NCBI GenBank assembly: GCA_965276945.1
Contig: OZ255704.1
Span: 1,732,082 to 1,796,081, forward strand
Reading direction: 5' to 3'
From: Terriglobus sp.
GTDB taxonomy: Bacteria; Acidobacteriota; Terriglobia; Terriglobales; Acidobacteriaceae
Length of the DNA stretch: 64,000 bases
Numbering within the stretch: the stretch's first letter is position 1; every line of letters begins with the position of its first letter. The translations under genes were made by a program, and so were the position numbers. Under the pieces are notes generated by a model. It was not told the origin of the DNA. It did not search any database and saw nothing but the letters and a program-made list of their open reading frames with translations. This document shows, one piece after another, positions 20,002 through 30,304 of the stretch.

Positions 20002-20132
20002 GCATGTTCGTAACGTAAGCGTGTCATACTTTGGTCACCCCAAGTAGTAAAAACTACTGTCTCACGCTGAAACCCTCTCTTCTGCCCCTGCTCTGCCGAT
20101 GTGTTGCATAAGGCCCTGTCCCGGAGAGAGAC

Positions 20133-22316
20133 ATGTACAAATTTCAAGCGGTTTTTCTATGCGGCATTGCCGTGCTTACACGCTGCGCGTCTGCTCAGGA
20201 GAGCATTCCCACTGCGCAGACGTTCGACATCGCTCTCACCGGCCATCTACAGCCCTGGAGCACAGCCGTCCTGCCAACCCTGCCCGCTGCCGCACTCGCA
20301 CCGGTGAACGGTATCGTCCCGGCCAACGCGCCCGTCAAGCTCACCACCAGTGTCAGCGTACGCGCCAAGGATGAGCCACCGCAATCCGTCAGCGCGGTCG
20401 AGTTCACCGGCAAGCAGGTGTTGGAGTCCGCAGGAACATGGAGCGACCTGCCGCGCTACCTGCAAACTCTTCCCGGTCTGATCGGCGGTTCCGACACGCA
20501 GAACGCCTCGTTCGTGCGGGGCGGCAACTCCTTTGAAAATCTCTTCGTGGTGGATCGCATCGAGGTGCCAAACATCAATCATTTGGCGCTGGCCAACTCT
20601 ACCGGCGGCCTTGGCTCCATGCTCGATACCGAGATGATCGGCAATGTCACATTCCAGTCAGGCGATATCGGCTCCAGCTACGATAGCCATCTCTCGTCCC
20701 TCACGGACATCCGCACGCTCGAACTGCCGGACCAGAACGTGACCGCATTCGATCTGGGCTACTCAGGCGTGGGCTTTCGCACCAACAGGACACTTGGCGG
20801 CAACAAGAACCTGCTGCTCTCCGCACGAGAAAGCGTAACAAATCTCTTTCTGCACGATGTCGGCCTGAACGGTTCGCCAGAGTTCACCAATGCGCTCTTC
20901 AAGTACACCGTTGACCTTTCACCGCGCGACCACGTCTGGATGGATTCACTGAGCGGACGCGACCAGTTGAAGGTCCGGCCAACCTGGAACGACTCCTGGG
21001 AGACCAACGCCTACAACACGGACTACAGTGGCTGGCGCAATACCACGGGATTCGTCTGGCAGCACACGCTGAAGAACGACGCTGTCAGCACCTGGACGGT
21101 CAGCAACTCGCAGAACGTGCAAAACCTGCTACAGCAAAGCCAATTGACGAACGCCCCGTCCAACTTCCGCCAAGACAACACCGACGGCATAACGGTGCTC
21201 AAGTACGAATATCAGTACGCCGACGAGAACGGCTCCGGATCGCACTTCGGCTTCGACACGCATGGGAACCGCATCCATTACACCATCGCGCAGACCGGCG
21301 ACATCTACAGCCCCTACTCCACGAGCACGGTACCCACGCCAGCCTTTTCGCTGACCCCCGCGTTCTCCACGGTGGATAAGGCCGCCTTCGTGGACGTCAA
21401 CCAAAGTGTCAAGCAGCGGCTCTTCATCCGGTCCGGTGTTCGCTTCCAAAGCTCTGGTTTGAAGGCCGCGCAAGGGAGCACGAACGCCTTCCTGCCGCAT
21501 GGCTCAGCCAGCTTCGTCGCGGGCCGCGTCAACCTGCGTGCGTCATACAGCCGCTCCGCGCAGCTGCCGCCATTTGCCACCATTGCTGGAGCACCGGGTA
21601 ACACGGCTCTCGGTCTCATCCACGGTCAGCAGTATGTCGCGGGCGGATCCGTCCGTCTGAGTTCCCTGCTCTCCATCAACGTCGAAGGCTATCGCAAGAC
21701 TTATACCGGCTATCCCGTTTCAGTGGACTACCCGCAAGTCTCGCTGGCCACTCTGCTGCCCACCATCACCGAACCGTTCGTTAGCCTAACGATGCAAAGC
21801 ACCGGACGTGGACGTACGCGCGGACTCGAGTTCAGCATCAACCAGGCACGGCGCCATCACCTCTTCACGCGCGCCAACGTAACGTTCTCCAAATCCGAGT
21901 TCACCGGAGCCGACGGCGTCTACAGAACCGGCACCAACGACCTGCCGCTCGTGGCAAACATCATGGCTGGCGCACAGATCAAACACTACACCCTGACGTT
22001 CCGTGAAACGGTCGCCTCAGGCCGGCCGTACACACCCGTCCTTGCGCAGGCGTCGTTCGACCAGAACCGCTCCATCTTCGACCTGACACAACTGAACGCC
22101 CTGCGCGGCCCGCTATACACCCGCCTGGACTTCGCTGTGAACCGCGACCTAACCGTGCGAAACGGCATAATGCGCATTCACGCGGGTATCCTGAACGTTC
22201 TCGACCGCCAGAACCTCTTCGAGTACTCCTGGCGCCCACGCTGCCCGGTCTGCGGCCCGGTCGCGGAGTACCAGATGGGCCTGCAACCCGACATCAACGT
22301 CAGCTACACCTTCTGA
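20133..22316 (+). CDS. TonB-dependent receptor-like outer-membrane beta-barrel
   Basis: 727 aa with signal peptide MYKFQAVFLCGIAVLTRCASA and a plug-like segment (LPRYLQTLPGL...FVRGGNSFENLFVVDRIEV). The body is long and beta-rich, with a C-terminal NVSYTF (terminal Phe). Confidence 0.75.
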   Translation: MYKFQAVFLCGIAVLTRCASAQESIPTAQTFDIALTGHLQPWSTAVLPTLPAAALAPVNGIVPANAPVKLTTSVSVRAKDEPPQSVSAVEFTGKQVLESAGTWSDLPRYLQTLPGLIGGSDTQNASFVRGGNSFENLFVVDRIEVPNINHLALANSTGGLGSMLDTEMIGNVTFQSGDIGSSYDSHLSSLTDIRTLELPDQNVTAFDLGYSGVGFRTNRTLGGNKNLLLSARESVTNLFLHDVGLNGSPEFTNALFKYTVDLSPRDHVWMDSLSGRDQLKVRPTWNDSWETNAYNTDYSGWRNTTGFVWQHTLKNDAVSTWTVSNSQNVQNLLQQSQLTNAPSNFRQDNTDGITVLKYEYQYADENGSGSHFGFDTHGNRIHYTIAQTGDIYSPYSTSTVPTPAFSLTPAFSTVDKAAFVDVNQSVKQRLFIRSGVRFQSSGLKAAQGSTNAFLPHGSASFVAGRVNLRASYSRSAQLPPFATIAGAPGNTALGLIHGQQYVAGGSVRLSSLLSINVEGYRKTYTGYPVSVDYPQVSLATLLPTITEPFVSLTMQSTGRGRTRGLEFSINQARRHHLFTRANVTFSKSEFTGADGVYRTGTNDLPLVANIMAGAQIKHYTLTFRETVASGRPYTPVLAQASFDQNRSIFDLTQLNALRGPLYTRLDFAVNRDLTVRNGIMRIHAGILNVLDRQNLFEYSWRPRCPVCGPVAEYQMGLQPDINVSYTF

Positions 22317-22351
22317 CGCAACATGCTTTCCGGTAAGTATCCGCCACAGGC

Positions 22352-23797
22352 TTAGTCCAGCGCGTAGATGGCCAGGCCAGACAATAGCTTCGGGTAAAAG
22401 TCGGTCGACTTCTGCGGCATCACCTCGCCGCTTAAAGACACCTCTTTCATCTGCTCAAGTCTGACGGGTTTGATCAGGAAGGCGATGTCCGCCTCGCCAC
22501 GGCCTACCTGCGCTGCCGCATCCTCCGCGCTGCGCAGGTAGCGCAGATTCTCCTGCTGCCGGATGCTCTCTTGCGTCAGGTCCAGCAACTGTTCCAGGAC
22601 TAGCGCATGCAGTTGGACGACATCCAGGGCACGCTGCCGGGCCGGCACATGCTGTAGCGCTCCTTCCACGGCATCCTTCTTCGCCTTCAGGAGCCATGTG
22701 CCATCGCGCATGACGGCTAGAAACGCAACACCATCCGTCGCGTTCAGCGGAGCTACGCGCTCTGCCGCCGTCTCCACCGCCTCGGCATCCGAGCCGGTCG
22801 CGGCAGACTTCGATTCAACCTGAGACACATCGAAGAATTCGGCTGCGCGCTCCAGAAAGGCCTCAGAAGAAAAGTTCTTCAGCCCGTATACGATGCGATG
22901 CGTGGGCAGAATCGTGATGCCAGGCGCATCCGTGTTCACCAGCGTCATCATCATCGCGGCTTCTGGGAACGGCGGCACCGGCAACAGCGGTCCGCTCCCC
23001 ATGTCCGCATCGTTCGATGGCGACTCATCCGCATCGCCAATCTGCTGTTCGCTGCGCACTGAAACACCGCGCGTCGGATCGGGCACGCCAAGCTCCTCCG
23101 CACGCTCGCGAGCATAGGCCGTCGAAGTTTCGTACCGGTGGTGCCCGTCGGCGATGACCAGCTTCTTATCCGCCAGCGCACCCACCAGGAGATTCAACAC
23201 ACGCCCGTCCGTCACCTTCCATACGGAATGCACCACACCGTACTCATCCGTGACGGTCTCGTCCGGCACGGTCGCGGGTTCGCCGCTCACGTTGCCAAAG
23301 ATCAGAGTCTCCACCGTAAACGCCGGGTCGGAGTACAACATATAGATCTGTTCGCAATATGTCCGCGTCGCCTTGAACAGGGACAGCCGGTCGCTCTTCG
23401 GCTTCGCCAACGTCTGTTCGTGCCGGTAGACCACCTGCTCGGCATAGTCATACAGGTGCCCGAGGCAGATCAGCCCGCGCCGCGTGCGAACCTCATTTGT
23501 GCCCGGCACGGTGTACCGCTGCGCATAGCCATACAGCGCAGGCTCGCGCTCCTCCACCAGCACTGCCTCGCGCCGCCAATCCTCCAGCGACTGCGCCGCC
23601 CGGGTGTACACATTGCTACCGTCAGTATCCTCCGGCTTGCGTTTGCCCAGGATCACGCGGATCAAATTGTACGGGCTGCGCTCGTAATACGCCTCCTGCA
23701 TGGCAGGCGAGATCTTGTCGTACGGCTGCGTCACCACATCGGCAAGCGCAACCTTTTGCGTGTTGTAGCGGAGAGCGCGAAACGGGTAGATGCGCAT
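22352..23797 (-). CDS. DUF1015 family protein
   Basis: 481 aa. The MRIYPFRALRYN N-terminus and LVIADGHHRYETS are characteristic of DUF1015. Confidence 0.8.
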   Translation of the reverse strand: MRIYPFRALRYNTQKVALADVVTQPYDKISPAMQEAYYERSPYNLIRVILGKRKPEDTDGSNVYTRAAQSLEDWRREAVLVEEREPALYGYAQRYTVPGTNEVRTRRGLICLGHLYDYAEQVVYRHEQTLAKPKSDRLSLFKATRTYCEQIYMLYSDPAFTVETLIFGNVSGEPATVPDETVTDEYGVVHSVWKVTDGRVLNLLVGALADKKLVIADGHHRYETSTAYARERAEELGVPDPTRGVSVRSEQQIGDADESPSNDADMGSGPLLPVPPFPEAAMMMTLVNTDAPGITILPTHRIVYGLKNFSSEAFLERAAEFFDVSQVESKSAATGSDAEAVETAAERVAPLNATDGVAFLAVMRDGTWLLKAKKDAVEGALQHVPARQRALDVVQLHALVLEQLLDLTQESIRQQENLRYLRSAEDAAAQVGRGEADIAFLIKPVRLEQMKEVSLSGEVMPQKSTDFYPKLLSGLAIYALD

Positions 23798-23921
23798 GGG
23801 TGCGGAGGAACTCCTTTGTGTGGGTACACGGCCATTCTACCGGTCAGGCCGCGCGCATTCGATCATTTCCCAAAGTCCAAAGCGCGCCTTCGCGCATCTG
23901 AAGACGTATCACTCGCGCGCC

Positions 23922-25523
23922 ATGCAAGCCGCACAAACAGGAGATGCCTTGGCGGAACAGTGGAAACCGAGAGTCAACCCGTGGATCATCGCGGGCACGG
24001 TCGCGCTTGCCGCATTCATGGAGGTGCTGGACACCTCCATCGCGAACGTGGCGCTGCCACACATCTCCGGTTCGCTAGCCGCCAGCCAGGATCAAGGCAC
24101 GTGGGTGCTCACCAGCTATCTGGTCTCGAACGCCATCGTTCTGCCGTTGGGCGGATGGGCGTCCAGCATCTTCGGCCGCAAGAATTTCTTCATGATCTGC
24201 ATTGGGATCTTTACCATTGCCAGCTTTCTGTGCGGCATCGCACCATCGCTGCCACTACTTCTGGTCTTTCGAGTGATTCAGGGTGTAGGCGGGGGCGGTC
24301 TACAGCCCATGGCGCAGGCCATCATGGCGGACTCGTTCGAACCCAAACGCCGTGGCGTCGCCTTCTCGCTCTATGCCCTTGTCACCGTGCTCGCGCCCTC
24401 CATCGGTCCAACGCTGGGTGGGTGGATTACCGATAACTACTCCTGGCGCTGGATCTTCTACATCAATATACCGGTCGGCATTATTGCCATTCTGCTGGTG
24501 ATGCGAGTCGTGGATGATCCACCGTGGATCAAAGGCGACCGCAAAAACTTCTTCCGCGGCGACTACGTCGGTATCGGCCTTCTCACCATCGCAATGGCAG
24601 GCATGCAGATCGCGCTAGACAAAGGTGAGGAGAACGCCTGGTTTGCCTCAAACTTCATCCGTAGTTTCGCGGCCATGTTCGTCATCGGCATTATCGCGCT
24701 CATCATTTGGGAGTTGCGTGGCGCGAAAAACCCCATCATGGACCTGCGCCTCTTCCGGTTCAAGAACTTCGCCATCTGCTGCTTTCTTATGCTGCTGGTG
24801 GGCGGCATCCTGAATGCGGGCACGGTCCTGCAGCCACAATTCCTGCAGCAACTGCTGGGCTATACCGCCACCAATGCGGGTGAAGCGCTGACTGCCGGCG
24901 GTCTAGCCCTTCTGGTCGTGGCCCCAATCGCCGGCATACTGTCTGACAAGTTCCCGGCACGCAACATCGTCGCGGTGGCATTCGTCTTCTTTGCCGGTGC
25001 CTACTGGTACGTCTCCACACACCTCACGCTCGGCATCAGCTTCGGCTTCAATTCATTTCTGCGCGTCATCCAGGTGCTGCCGATCCCGTTCTGCTTCATC
25101 GCCATCACCAACGCGGCCTATGTCGGTCTCCCAAAGGAAGCCAGCAACCAAGTGGCGGGTCTGATCAACTTTGCCCGCAACATCGGTGGCTCAATCCTGA
25201 TTTCGCTTACCGGCGCGGAAGTCACCAACCGGTCGCTCTTCCACCAGGCCCGGCTCGGCTCCGCCATCAATTACAGCAACGATGCTTATACCCAACAACT
25301 CAAAAGCATGGGCGCGTTCCTGGGCAACACGGCAGGGGCGGCACAGGGGCAGTATGCCGCGAACAGCTCCCTGTACACCCAACTGAACCAGCAAGCCGCT
25401 CTGATGGGCTATGCCGATGTCTACCGCATTCTGGCGTGGCTGACCATCGGCATGTTCTTCCTTGCCTTTTTGCTCAGCAAGCCAAAGCCTGGTGAAAAGG
25501 CACCCGAGGGTGCCGCGCATTAG
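23922..25523 (+). CDS. MFS drug-efflux transporter, DHA2 (EmrB/QacA) family
   Basis: Start at MQAAQTGD (23922). Contains FMEVLDTSIANVALPHISGSL and GGWASSIFGRKNFFM, with a ~14-TM hydrophobicity pattern. The track start at 23790 would overlap the divergent DUF1015 gene. Confidence 0.9.
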   Translation: MQAAQTGDALAEQWKPRVNPWIIAGTVALAAFMEVLDTSIANVALPHISGSLAASQDQGTWVLTSYLVSNAIVLPLGGWASSIFGRKNFFMICIGIFTIASFLCGIAPSLPLLLVFRVIQGVGGGGLQPMAQAIMADSFEPKRRGVAFSLYALVTVLAPSIGPTLGGWITDNYSWRWIFYINIPVGIIAILLVMRVVDDPPWIKGDRKNFFRGDYVGIGLLTIAMAGMQIALDKGEENAWFASNFIRSFAAMFVIGIIALIIWELRGAKNPIMDLRLFRFKNFAICCFLMLLVGGILNAGTVLQPQFLQQLLGYTATNAGEALTAGGLALLVVAPIAGILSDKFPARNIVAVAFVFFAGAYWYVSTHLTLGISFGFNSFLRVIQVLPIPFCFIAITNAAYVGLPKEASNQVAGLINFARNIGGSILISLTGAEVTNRSLFHQARLGSAINYSNDAYTQQLKSMGAFLGNTAGAAQGQYAANSSLYTQLNQQAALMGYADVYRILAWLTIGMFFLAFLLSKPKPGEKAPEGAAH

Positions 25524-25659
25524 TTTCGTCACGCCAAAATCCAGGAGCGATGCCGTCCTTAAATGATCTCTGGCGTACGCTCAGCCAAGCCGCGCGCATA
25601 CAATGATTTTATCCGTTCACAAAAAATTCACGAGAGCGACACCTTTGCTGGAGGCATTC

Positions 25660-28572
25660 ATGACCAACTTTTCCCGCAGCCTTGCCGTGACGGCAGTGCT
25701 GATGCTTACCGCAGGCGCATCCTCCGCATTTGCTCAATCGCAGTCCATCAACGGCACCATCCGCGGACAGATCACGGACCCCTCCGGCGCGCCGGTGCCC
25801 AACGCCGCTCTGACCATCCGCAGCGTTGACACTGGCTACACGCGCCAGCTCACTACGGACAATGATGGCCGCTATGTCGCCCCGAACCTGCCCATTGGCA
25901 CCTACTCGATCGAGGCGGCGGCCGCATCCTTTGCGCCTCTGCGCCAAAGCGGCATTCACATCGGCGCGGGGACGGACAGCACCATCGACGAGGTCCTCAA
26001 GACCGGCTCCGTTGCCACGGAGATCACCGTCACCAGCGAAGCTCCCATGATTGAGGCGGCGCGCTCCGACCTCAGCCGCACCATCACCTCGGCTGAAACA
26101 CAAAACCTGCCTCTCACCTCGCGCAATCCGTACAACTTCATCCTCTTCCAGCCCGGCGTCTCAGGCCATCCCAACCCGGAAAACGGCATCCCCCGCACGG
26201 TGAACACCAACGGCTTGGTGGACCGTGTCAATTACCAGCTGGACGGCATGGTGGACACCGAAAGTGATCGCTACGGCCTGCGCCTCTTCGCCATCTCTGA
26301 CAGCTATACGGACACCGTCCAGACCATCTCCAATGCCTTCAATGCCGAGTTCGGCAACACGGCGGGCATCATCTACAACGTCATCACGCCCTCTGGCAGC
26401 AATCAGGTGCACGGCGCTGTGCAGTACATCTGGCGTCCCAAGGCCGCAAGCTCCTGCCCCATCCTACAGAACTGCACACCGGGCGCAACGAACTACAAGC
26501 CCAAGCCTGATCTCCATGTGGACGACATCACCGGCCGCCTGGGTGGCCCTGTGATCCGCGACAAGTTCTTCCTCTTTGGCGCGTACGAACACCTAAAACG
26601 CGGCAATCCGCAGGCCGTTACCGTCACTGCTGCTAATCAAGCCACACTCGTCGCTCTCGGCGTTCCGGCCAGCGATTTCACTACCGCGCCACAGGTTCAG
26701 CGAGCGCAGTGGATGGATGTACGCGGCGACTGGAACATCAACGCCAAAAACACGGCGTTCGTTCGCTATAACTACTTTCGGAACAACTATCCCTTCAACA
26801 CCAATGCAGGCGGCTTGTATCTGCTCTCCGCCGAGGCAGACTTCCAAGACCGTGCCCACATCATCGGCGCGCAGCTCATTACCACCTTCAAGCCCACACT
26901 GCTGAACGAGTTCCGCGGCTCCTGGCCATACCGCAATCAGCAGCATTTTGCCGGTTCCACAACCGGTACTGGACCCATGATCACAATCTCCGGAGTGGTC
27001 AACGGTTTTGGCGGCACCAACGGTGCTGGCGACAAGTTCCAGGAGAAGATTCCCTCCTTCGCCGACAACGTCACGCTCATTCGGGGCGCGCACCAGTTCA
27101 GGTTTGGCACGGGCTTTCAAAAGAACAACGACACGCAGCTCGCGGATGTGTATACGCAATTCACCTTCGCCACGCTGGCTGCTTACACCGCTGCAAAGAC
27201 TGGTGCAAATCCCTTTGCCTACAGCAACGTCACAGCCTCCATCGGCCACCCTGGAGCGGGCTATCAGACGGTTTTCTTCGACTTGTTCGCGCAGGATACC
27301 TGGCAACTCTCGCCCAAGCTCGTCGCCAACTACGGTGTCCGCTACGACCAGTACCGCTCGCCCAATGGCCTGGCCAACGCTCCCTTGCCGGAGACGCGCA
27401 GCTTCCGCACACCCATGGGCAACTTCGCGCCGCGCGTCGGCTTTGCCTATACGCCGCAGGAGGGCACGGTCGTCCGGCTGAGCGGTGGCATGTTCTACGA
27501 AGCCACACCCACCAACAGCTTCTATAACCCGCTCTACAGCAATGGCCTCACCAACACCGGCAACCTGATTGCCACGCTTGGTCCCACGGCTGCCGGCGCG
27601 CCCAGCTTCCCCAACACCTTCAACAACGTTCCGGTGGCTTCCCTGCCCACACCCACACCATATGCGCTAACGGCACGCTTTAAGAACGAGTACACCTGGA
27701 ACGTCAACACGCAGGTGGAACAGGCCATGGGCAAAAGCGACGCCCTCACCATCGGCTACATCATGACCACGGGGCGCAACCTACAGTTCCTGCGTAACAG
27801 CAATCTGATCCCATCCGCCACTCTGGCACCGCTTGCCGACGGACGCCCACGCTTTGACGCTGCCGTAACCCCCGCCACTCGCTACAACACCGCTTTCAAT
27901 AGCATCCGTTACATCGATATCGGCGCGAACTCCATCTATCACGCGCTTATCACCAACTACACGCATCGCATCTCCGGTGGTCTGACCGTAAACGCCTCGT
28001 ACACCTGGTCGCACGCTATCGCGGACGCACCGGAAGGCAACAGCTACGAGAACTCAAACTTCATCGAAGACCCGACCAACCGCAAACGAGATCGCGGCAA
28101 CAGCTACATCAACCGGCCGAACGCTTTCACCTTCGCTGGCGTGTATCAGCCGGCCACGCACTTCAGCAACCGCTTCTTCAACGGTCTGATCGCCAACAAC
28201 AACCTGGCGGTGCTTGTAAATGCAAGCAGCGGCGATCAACAGAACGAAGTCACAGGCACTAACCTGAACGGCGACGCCCTCTCCAGTGGACAGCAGCGTC
28301 CGCTGTTCGTTGGCCGCAACACGCTGCGTGGACCCAACATCTTCCAGGCGGACGCGCGCTTCACCCGCACCTTCGCCACGTTCTTCGAACGCGTCAAGCC
28401 GCAGATCTTTGTTGAAGCCAACAATTTTCTCAATCGCTCCAACTTCACCACCATCAACACCACGACGGGAACGAACGCGGCCGGCATGATCACAAGTGCA
28501 CCATCGCTAGTACCAACAAGCTCCGTTCTGGAAGCACGCATCCTCCAGTTCGGTGCTAGGGTGGACTTCTAA
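25660..28572 (+). CDS. TonB-dependent receptor with N-terminal carboxypeptidase-regulatory-like domain
   Basis: GGAGG lies 6 nt before ATG 25660. Signal peptide ...ASSAFA, then a CarboxypepD_reg-like segment (INGTIRGQITDPSGAPVPNAALTIRSVDTGY...DGRYVAPNLPIGTYSIE), a plug, a long barrel, and a C-terminal QFGARVDF. Confidence 0.85.
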   Translation: MTNFSRSLAVTAVLMLTAGASSAFAQSQSINGTIRGQITDPSGAPVPNAALTIRSVDTGYTRQLTTDNDGRYVAPNLPIGTYSIEAAAASFAPLRQSGIHIGAGTDSTIDEVLKTGSVATEITVTSEAPMIEAARSDLSRTITSAETQNLPLTSRNPYNFILFQPGVSGHPNPENGIPRTVNTNGLVDRVNYQLDGMVDTESDRYGLRLFAISDSYTDTVQTISNAFNAEFGNTAGIIYNVITPSGSNQVHGAVQYIWRPKAASSCPILQNCTPGATNYKPKPDLHVDDITGRLGGPVIRDKFFLFGAYEHLKRGNPQAVTVTAANQATLVALGVPASDFTTAPQVQRAQWMDVRGDWNINAKNTAFVRYNYFRNNYPFNTNAGGLYLLSAEADFQDRAHIIGAQLITTFKPTLLNEFRGSWPYRNQQHFAGSTTGTGPMITISGVVNGFGGTNGAGDKFQEKIPSFADNVTLIRGAHQFRFGTGFQKNNDTQLADVYTQFTFATLAAYTAAKTGANPFAYSNVTASIGHPGAGYQTVFFDLFAQDTWQLSPKLVANYGVRYDQYRSPNGLANAPLPETRSFRTPMGNFAPRVGFAYTPQEGTVVRLSGGMFYEATPTNSFYNPLYSNGLTNTGNLIATLGPTAAGAPSFPNTFNNVPVASLPTPTPYALTARFKNEYTWNVNTQVEQAMGKSDALTIGYIMTTGRNLQFLRNSNLIPSATLAPLADGRPRFDAAVTPATRYNTAFNSIRYIDIGANSIYHALITNYTHRISGGLTVNASYTWSHAIADAPEGNSYENSNFIEDPTNRKRDRGNSYINRPNAFTFAGVYQPATHFSNRFFNGLIANNNLAVLVNASSGDQQNEVTGTNLNGDALSSGQQRPLFVGRNTLRGPNIFQADARFTRTFATFFERVKPQIFVEANNFLNRSNFTTINTTTGTNAAGMITSAPSLVPTSSVLEARILQFGARVDF

Positions 28573-28650
28573 GTTGAGAACACAACTTCGGGTGCCCCAC
28601 CTTCGCGGAACTAAGGTGGGAGGAGCCACACAAGAACCAAGGGCGACGGC

Positions 28651-30132
28651 ATGAAGCAATCTTCTGCCTTTCCCGCACCGCTCTACCGCGAGCACGTCCT
28701 TAGCCATATCTTCGCCGACGCACAGCGGCTTTTCCTGCCAGCACTGCTGGAGATACACCGCGCGCACCTCGTCATGCTGCATGCGCAAGCCATCGTGTCG
28801 TCCGCGACCGCGGCAAACATTCTGGACGCCCTGCGTTCACTGGACTGTGAAGCCCTGCGTACCGCGACCTACGACGGCGAGGTCGAAGACCTTTTCTTTC
28901 TTGTGGAGAAGCAACTTGCCGCAAAGGCGGGTCCGGACGAAGCCGGACGCCTGCACACCGCCCGCTCCCGCAACGACATCGACCTGACCATGTACCGCAT
29001 GGTATTGCGCGAGCAGATACTCTCCACGCTGGAGGCATCGCTCAACCTGCGTGAAACGCTCCTGGCCATCGCACGCGAACACCGCGACACCCTGATGCCG
29101 GCCTACACGCACAACCAGCCCGCGCAGCCCACCACCTTGGGCCACTACATGATGGCCATGATCGAAATCCTTGAACGTGACGCCGAGCGCATGATGGCCT
29201 GCTACGCCCGCGTCAACCGCAGCCCGCTCGGTGCCTGTGCCATCACCACGACAGGCTTTCCCATCGACCGCCACCTCACCGGCCACCTGCTCGGATTTCG
29301 AGGCCTCGCAGTGAATTCCTACGGTGCCATCGCCGCAGTCGACTATGTAGCTGAAGCGTGCAGCGTGCTTGCCACGGCCATGCTCAGCCTGGGCCGCTTT
29401 GCGCAGGACATGCTGCTGTGGTCCACCGAGGAGTTCGGCTTCCTGTGCCTCTCCGACGGCTATGTGCAGATCAGCAGCATCATGCCCCAAAAGCGCAACC
29501 CCGTGCCGCTGGAGCACACCCGCATCCTCGCTTCACGCGCTCTCACTGAGGCACAAGCAGTGCTCGGCTCACTGCACAACACACCCTTCGCCGACATGAA
29601 TGATGGAGAGGACACGCTGCAGCCACTCGGCGCGCTTGCGTTCGCTGACGCTCAACGAGCCCTGGCATTGCTGGCCGGCGCACTGTCTGAAGCCACCTTC
29701 AATACGGACAGGATGCGTGCTCGCGCGCACCGCAGCTTCCTCACCGTAACGGAGGCCGCCGACACACTTGTTCGCACCTGTGGCATCTCGTTTCATCGGG
29801 CACATTCCATCGTCTCCGCCGCCGTAAAGGCTGCAAAGAATGACGACCTGGACGCGCTCGCCTCCAGTCTGCACGCGCTCACCTCGGCAGAGACTCTTCC
29901 CATCACGCGTGACGATCTGCGCGCCGCGCTTGATCCGGATCACTTTGTCGGTATCAGAAATGTCACCGGCGGACCCGCACGAGAAGCCCTCCAACCGGAA
30001 CTGACCCGCGCCATTGCCACCTTCCAGACGGATGAAAGATGGCTTAATGCCGAGCGTGCACACCTGACCTCATGCCATGAACATCTGGACCATGCCTGCG
30101 ACCAGCTACGCCCTCCTCTGCCTGCCAGTTAG
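28651..30132 (+). CDS. Argininosuccinate lyase-like protein (lyase_1 / fumarase-ASL superfamily)
   Basis: 493 aa with TARSRNDIDLTMYR and ISSIMPQKRNPVPLEH (the SSxMPxKxNP signature loop). It diverges from canonical ArgH and is not in an arg cluster. Confidence 0.8.
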   Translation: MKQSSAFPAPLYREHVLSHIFADAQRLFLPALLEIHRAHLVMLHAQAIVSSATAANILDALRSLDCEALRTATYDGEVEDLFFLVEKQLAAKAGPDEAGRLHTARSRNDIDLTMYRMVLREQILSTLEASLNLRETLLAIAREHRDTLMPAYTHNQPAQPTTLGHYMMAMIEILERDAERMMACYARVNRSPLGACAITTTGFPIDRHLTGHLLGFRGLAVNSYGAIAAVDYVAEACSVLATAMLSLGRFAQDMLLWSTEEFGFLCLSDGYVQISSIMPQKRNPVPLEHTRILASRALTEAQAVLGSLHNTPFADMNDGEDTLQPLGALAFADAQRALALLAGALSEATFNTDRMRARAHRSFLTVTEAADTLVRTCGISFHRAHSIVSAAVKAAKNDDLDALASSLHALTSAETLPITRDDLRAALDPDHFVGIRNVTGGPAREALQPELTRAIATFQTDERWLNAERAHLTSCHEHLDHACDQLRPPLPAS

Positions 30133-30304
30133 CGCCAAAGCACGAAATGTAACCTCAAAAATGTTTCTTGCCAAGCCTTTGGTAATGCGCTTACACTTCG
30201 CTGGTCATGAAGAGACCCAAAACGGTCCAGCGTGACGCGGCCTCATGGCCTACCGTATGCACGGGTACTCGCGCAGCGGCCTCAGCACTTTGGGAGCGTT
30301 TCAG

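Noticed and set aside
23138-24436. 432-aa plus-strand ORF
   Set aside because: It is antisense to the DUF1015 gene and out of frame with the MFS transporter. It is a composition artefact. The same reasoning applies to 5317..6093, 7587..8483, 13748..14500, 26593..27306, 28837..29517 and 43524..44180.
28596-28620. 8-bp hairpin CCCACCTT...AAGGTGGG after the TonB-dependent receptor gene
   Set aside because: The stem is short, has no T-tract, and lies just upstream of the next gene's SD region. This is not enough to call a terminator.
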